DNA from: Gemmatimonadaceae bacterium
Lineage (GTDB): Bacteria > Gemmatimonadota > Gemmatimonadetes > Gemmatimonadales > Gemmatimonadaceae
Length of the DNA: 10,903 nt
NCBI GenBank assembly: GCA_044224875.1
Contig: JBGAJQ010000100.1
Span: forward strand, 1 to 10,903
Direction: 5' to 3'
Positions 7,004 to 10,903 of the stretch are shown piece by piece (positions within the stretch are counted from its first letter, which is position 1; each line of letters starts with the position of its first letter). The notes under the pieces were generated by a model. That model did no database searches, was not told the DNA's origin, and worked only from the letters and a program-made list of their open reading frames with translations. A program made the position numbers and the translations under genes.

Positions 7004-8845
7004 ATGAGCGCATCCCCACCGAAATCCTCCGCGATCGATCACGACGCGATCGCCTTGGTGGTCGCGCACCGAATTGCCGCGACGGTCCGCGACCGCGGCG
7101 CCAAGGGACTGCCTTGCGTATTGGGACTTGCCACGGGGTCGACACCCATCGGCGTTTATCGCGAACTCGTGCGCTTGCATCGCGAGGAAGGGCTGTCGTT
7201 CAAGCACGTCGTCAGCTTCAACCTCGACGAGTACTACCCGATGGACCCGGGCAGCGTTCACTCCTATCACCGTTTCATGTGGGAGAACCTGTTCTCGGCG
7301 ATCGATATCGTGCCGGACAATGTGCACCTTCCGCGCGGCAATATTGCCCGCGCCGACGTGGAGCGATTCGCGGAGGAGTACGAACAGCAGATCAGGGACG
7401 CTGGAGGCATCGATTTCCAACTTCTCGGAATCGGCAAGACCGGACACATCGGGTTCAATGAGCCCGGCTCCGGCGCCGATACTCGCACGCGGCTGGTGAC
7501 ACTGGACCTGGTCACGCGACGCGACGCCGGCGCTGACTTCTTTGGTGAAGACAACGTCCCTCGCGAGGCGATCACGATGGGCGTCGCGACCATTCTCGAC
7601 GCTCGAGAGGTCGCCATTCTTGCGACCGGAGAACACAAGGCCGCCATCGTTCGCCGCGCGGTGGAGGGAGAGCAGGATCGCGACGTCGCGGCAACGTTTC
7701 TTCAGCGACATCCGCGCGCCACGTTCTACGTAGATGAACCGGCAGCGGCCGCGCTGACGCGTATGGCGACGCCGTGGCTCGTCCACGAAGTGACCTGGAC
7801 GGACGACCTGACCGTACGCGCCGTCATATGGCTCTCTCAGGTGACATCCAAGGCGATCCTGAAGTTGACTCCTGGCGATTACATCGAGCACCGGCTTTCC
7901 TCGCTGCTCGCCCGCGGAGGAACCGCGGGCGCCATCAATGGCCGTGTGTTCAATGCGCTTGGCGCCAAGATCCGCGGTCGATCCAAACTTCCACGGAACG
8001 AACGCATCGTCTGTTTCTCACCGCACCCGGATGACGATGTCATTTCCATGGGCGGTATCCTCCGGAAGCTGGTGGAAAACGAGAACACGATCGTGGTGGC
8101 GTACATGACCAGCGGCAACATTGCCGTGTTTGACCACGATGTGCGCCGCTACGTGGACGTCATCGCCCGATTGGGGAGCGAAGGACGATTGGCCGAGTTG
8201 GCCACGAGCCAATTGCGCGAGCGGGTGCAGTCCGCGTTGGCCGCAAAATCTCCCGGCGACGTCGATGTCGACGACGTCCTCGATCTCAAGCGCGTGATTC
8301 GCGAGGCCGAGGCCGTAAGTGGCTTGGAGACGGTGGGCCTAACGAGCGCATCGGCGAGGTTCCTGAACTTGCCGTTCTACCAAACGGGAAAGGTCCGCAA
8401 GGATCCTATTGGCGCGACCGACGTGGCGATCGTCCGTGCCCTGCTGGAGGAGGTCCGACCGTCATTGATCTTCGTGGCCGGCGATCTCACCGACCCGCAT
8501 GGGACCCATCGCATGTGCAAGGACGCCATCGACGCCGCGCTGGGACAGATCGCCACCGAGGGCACGGTCGACGCGCTGCCTGAGGTCTGGTTGTATCGTG
8601 GTGCCTGGCAGGAGTGGTCGGTCGCTGACGCCACGTGGCTGGTGCCGCTCTCACAGGAGGAACTTCGCCACAAGATCCAGGCGATCTTCAAGCATCAGTC
8701 TCAGAAGGACTCGGCCCCCTTCCCCGGTCAGGACGAACGTGAGTTCTGGCAGCGCGTCGAAGCGCGGAACAAGGAAACCGCGGCTACGCTGGACCGCCTT
8801 GGCCTGGCGGAGTACTTCGCGATGGAAGCCTATGTCGTGGCTTAG
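7004..8845 (+). CDS. nagB: glucosamine-6-phosphate deaminase fused to a C-terminal PIG-L/LmbE-family deacetylase domain (long NagB)
   Basis: N-terminal NagB motifs LGLATGSTP, FNLDEYY, LGIGKTGHIGFNEPGS, AITMGV. C-terminal PIG-L motifs FSPHPDDD, YMTSGN, DPHGTH, HQSQ. ATG 7004 preferred because the track's GTG at 6959 lies inside the hairpin loop. Confidence 0.93.
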   Translation: MSASPPKSSAIDHDAIALVVAHRIAATVRDRGAKGLPCVLGLATGSTPIGVYRELVRLHREEGLSFKHVVSFNLDEYYPMDPGSVHSYHRFMWENLFSAIDIVPDNVHLPRGNIARADVERFAEEYEQQIRDAGGIDFQLLGIGKTGHIGFNEPGSGADTRTRLVTLDLVTRRDAGADFFGEDNVPREAITMGVATILDAREVAILATGEHKAAIVRRAVEGEQDRDVAATFLQRHPRATFYVDEPAAAALTRMATPWLVHEVTWTDDLTVRAVIWLSQVTSKAILKLTPGDYIEHRLSSLLARGGTAGAINGRVFNALGAKIRGRSKLPRNERIVCFSPHPDDDVISMGGILRKLVENENTIVVAYMTSGNIAVFDHDVRRYVDVIARLGSEGRLAELATSQLRERVQSALAAKSPGDVDVDDVLDLKRVIREAEAVSGLETVGLTSASARFLNLPFYQTGKVRKDPIGATDVAIVRALLEEVRPSLIFVAGDLTDPHGTHRMCKDAIDAALGQIATEGTVDALPEVWLYRGAWQEWSVADATWLVPLSQEELRHKIQAIFKHQSQKDSAPFPGQDEREFWQRVEARNKETAATLDRLGLAEYFAMEAYVVA

Positions 8846-8857
8846 GGGCCTAACGCA

Positions 8858-10408
8858 TTGAACGCGAACTTTGGCCTGTTGGACCTCTTGGTCCTCGTCC
8901 TCTACCTGCTCGGCACGACGGCACTGGGGATGTGGATCGGTCGCCGGCAGCAGGGGGCGGCAGACTACTTTGTGGGCGGCCGCGTCATCCCGTGGTGGGC
9001 CGTCTTGTTCTCGATCGTCGCGACCGAGACGAGCGCGTTGACATTCATTTCGATTCCTGGTCTCGCGTATACCGGCAACTTCGGCTTCCTGCAGGTCGTT
9101 GCTGGCTACATCCTGGGGCGAATCGGCGTCGCCACACTGCTCTTGCCTCGCTACTTCCAGGGGGAAATCGTGACGGCGTATGCGATGCTCGAGCGACGGT
9201 TCGGACTCGCGACGCGTCGTGCCACCTCCATTGTGTTCATGATCACGCGCGCATTGGCAGATGCGGTGCGAGTCTTTGCGACGGCCATCCCTATCGCGCT
9301 CATCCTGGGTAGCAGCCTGCCTCGCGCCTATGTCATGCCGGCCGCTATCCTCGTCCTGGGTGCGCTGACGATCCTGTACACGTATCGCGGTGGCATGCGC
9401 GCGGTGATCTGGACAGAACTGTTGCAGGCGGCGGTATATGTCCTTGGTGGCGTTTCCGCCATCGTCTTGCTGGCGCGCAGCGTTCCTGGTGGGTGGCAAG
9501 GCATACTCGATGTGGCACGCGCACAGGGAAAGTTGCAGGTGATCGATACCTCGTTCGCCATCGACAAACCGCACACGATTTGGGCCGGTCTGATCGGCGG
9601 GGCATTCCTGGCCATGGCCTCGCACGGTGCTGACCAATTGATCGTGCAGCGCCTGCTCTCGTGCAAGTCGTTACGCGAAGCCCAGCGCGCGATCATCGGC
9701 AGCGGTCTGGTGGTCTTCGTCCAGTTCACGTTGTTCCTTACCGTCGGCATGGGGCTGTTCGCGTTCTACGGTGGACGGAACATGGGCGCTCCAGACTCCA
9801 TCTTTCCGACATTCATTGTCGAACGGATGCCCGCGGGACTCACCGGGCTGCTCGTCGCCGCGATCGTGGCGGCCACCATGAGTACGCATTCCGGCGCCAT
9901 CAACTCACTGGCGGCGGCCACCACACATGACATCTACCTCCCGATCACCGGCCGCGCTGCCGACGACCCGGTCACTTTCCGGATGGGGCGGCGATTCGCG
10001 CTGTTCTGGGGATTGGTGCTGACGGGCGGGGCGTTGCTCTTCAAGGAACAAGGTACCCCCGTCGTGGTGGTGGCACTTGGCATTGCGTCGTTCACGTATG
10101 GCGGGCTGCTCGGGACCTTCTTTCTCGGGAATTTCTGGGCGCGCGCCGTGCAGCGCGATGCGCTCATCGGCATGATCGTGGGCATCGCTTCCATGTCCTT
10201 CGTGGTATTCGCAAAACAGCTGTCGGCCGCATATCCTTCGCTCGCGTCAACACTGGGGCCGCTGGCTCGCGTCGCCTGGCCCTGGTATGTCCTCATCGGA
10301 ACCACTCTCACCGTTGTTACCGGCATGCTTTCGTCGCTCACGCATTCAGTACCGGCTTCCCCTGCTTCTCCCGTGGAACGCGCTACGCACCCGGAGGGCC
10401 GACGGTGA
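8858..10408 (+). CDS. sodium:solute symporter (SSS/SLC5 family), probable amino-sugar importer
   Basis: 516 aa, many TM segments. DYFVGGRVIPWWAV, SIVATETSALTF, YTYRGGMRAVIWT, DQLIVQRLL, AATMST motifs. TTG start 12 nt after the nagB stop. Substrate inferred from context. Confidence 0.93.
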   Translation: MNANFGLLDLLVLVLYLLGTTALGMWIGRRQQGAADYFVGGRVIPWWAVLFSIVATETSALTFISIPGLAYTGNFGFLQVVAGYILGRIGVATLLLPRYFQGEIVTAYAMLERRFGLATRRATSIVFMITRALADAVRVFATAIPIALILGSSLPRAYVMPAAILVLGALTILYTYRGGMRAVIWTELLQAAVYVLGGVSAIVLLARSVPGGWQGILDVARAQGKLQVIDTSFAIDKPHTIWAGLIGGAFLAMASHGADQLIVQRLLSCKSLREAQRAIIGSGLVVFVQFTLFLTVGMGLFAFYGGRNMGAPDSIFPTFIVERMPAGLTGLLVAAIVAATMSTHSGAINSLAAATTHDIYLPITGRAADDPVTFRMGRRFALFWGLVLTGGALLFKEQGTPVVVVALGIASFTYGGLLGTFFLGNFWARAVQRDALIGMIVGIASMSFVVFAKQLSAAYPSLASTLGPLARVAWPWYVLIGTTLTVVTGMLSSLTHSVPASPASPVERATHPEGRR

Positions 10409-10903
10409 GTTCAGTGATCGTTGGAGTTGACGGAGGCGGCACTCACACCCGCGTGACCGTTGCCGATGAAGCCGGCACCCAGCTGGCCGCGGCCACGGGG
10501 CCCGGGAGCGCGGTGAAGCCCGGTGATATCGAGCGTTCCGCGGATATTATCGCCAGCACCATTAAGGAGGCCCTGGCGCAGGTTCCTGGCGATGGCCCAC
10601 ACGTTCGGCTGGCCTGCGTGGGAGTGGCCGGGGCTGGACGCGACGAGGAACGCAGTGGGTTGCAGCTGGCGCTGCGAACCCGCGAAGTCGCGGATGAGGT
10701 GGTGGTGGTGACGGACGCCGAGGTCGCGCTGGAAGATGCCTTCGGCGAGGGACCAGGGGTGCTGCTGATTGCCGGCACCGGCTCGATCTGCTTCGGTAGG
10801 GGACCTGCGGGGGCGTTGGCACGGTGCGGCGGTTGGGGACCGGTTCTTGGGGATGAGGGAAGCGGAGCTTGGTTCGGCCGCCGGATGCTTGGGGTGGTGG
10901 CGG
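10405..10903 (+). CDS. BadF/BadG/BcrA/BcrD-family sugar kinase (N-acetylglucosamine/N-acetylmuramate kinase, NAGK/MurK-like), 3' truncated
   Basis: Translated by hand: GTG 10405 (GTGA overlap with the symporter stop, RBS GGAGG 10393-10397) gives MSSVIVGVDGGGTHTR...CVGVAGAG...TDAEVAL...LIAGTGSI...RCGGWGPVLGDEGSGAWFG. Open to the window end. Confidence 0.93.
   Translation, partial: MSSVIVGVDGGGTHTRVTVADEAGTQLAAATGPGSAVKPGDIERSADIIASTIKEALAQVPGDGPHVRLACVGVAGAGRDEERSGLQLALRTREVADEVVVVTDAEVALEDAFGEGPGVLLIAGTGSICFGRGPAGALARCGGWGPVLGDEGSGAWFGRRMLGVVA

Noticed and set aside
6794..7891. 365-aa minus-strand ORF overlapping iscA and nagB
   Set aside because: Antisense to two well-supported genes, Arg-rich composition, no family features.
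8651..9637. 328-aa minus-strand ORF over nagB and the symporter
   Set aside because: Antisense shadow of a hydrophobic membrane gene (hence R/D/Q/H-rich); no independent support.
1..10903. CRISPR arrays, tRNA/rRNA, IS elements, phage or defence genes
   Set aside because: No repeat-spacer periodicity, cloverleaf, terminal repeats or transposase/integrase motifs were seen, and intergenic gaps are short.

Overview
GC-rich bacterial housekeeping window with no mobile elements, CRISPR arrays or RNA genes that I can detect. The gene styles suggest Gemmatimonadota, but this is inference only. Minus-strand block (4963 to 8): a small lipoprotein, then a probable operon of CDP-alcohol phosphatidyltransferase (phosphatidylinositol-phosphate synthase-like), inositol-3-phosphate synthase (ino1), YtkA/FixH-like lipoprotein, two hypothetical proteins and a 2-oxoacid dehydrogenase E2. 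Plus-strand block (about 5124 to the end): a secreted beta-lactamase-family serine hydrolase (AmiE-like), an A-type Fe-S carrier (IscA/ErpA) with its own promoter and a strong downstream hairpin, then a NagB::PIG-L-deacetylase fusion, a sodium:solute symporter and a BadF-family GlcNAc/MurNAc kinase (truncated by the window edge and absent from the ORF track). The two most notable signals are a candidate inositol-phospholipid biosynthesis module and a candidate PTS-independent amino-sugar/peptidoglycan salvage pathway in which the fused deacetylase may replace NagA.
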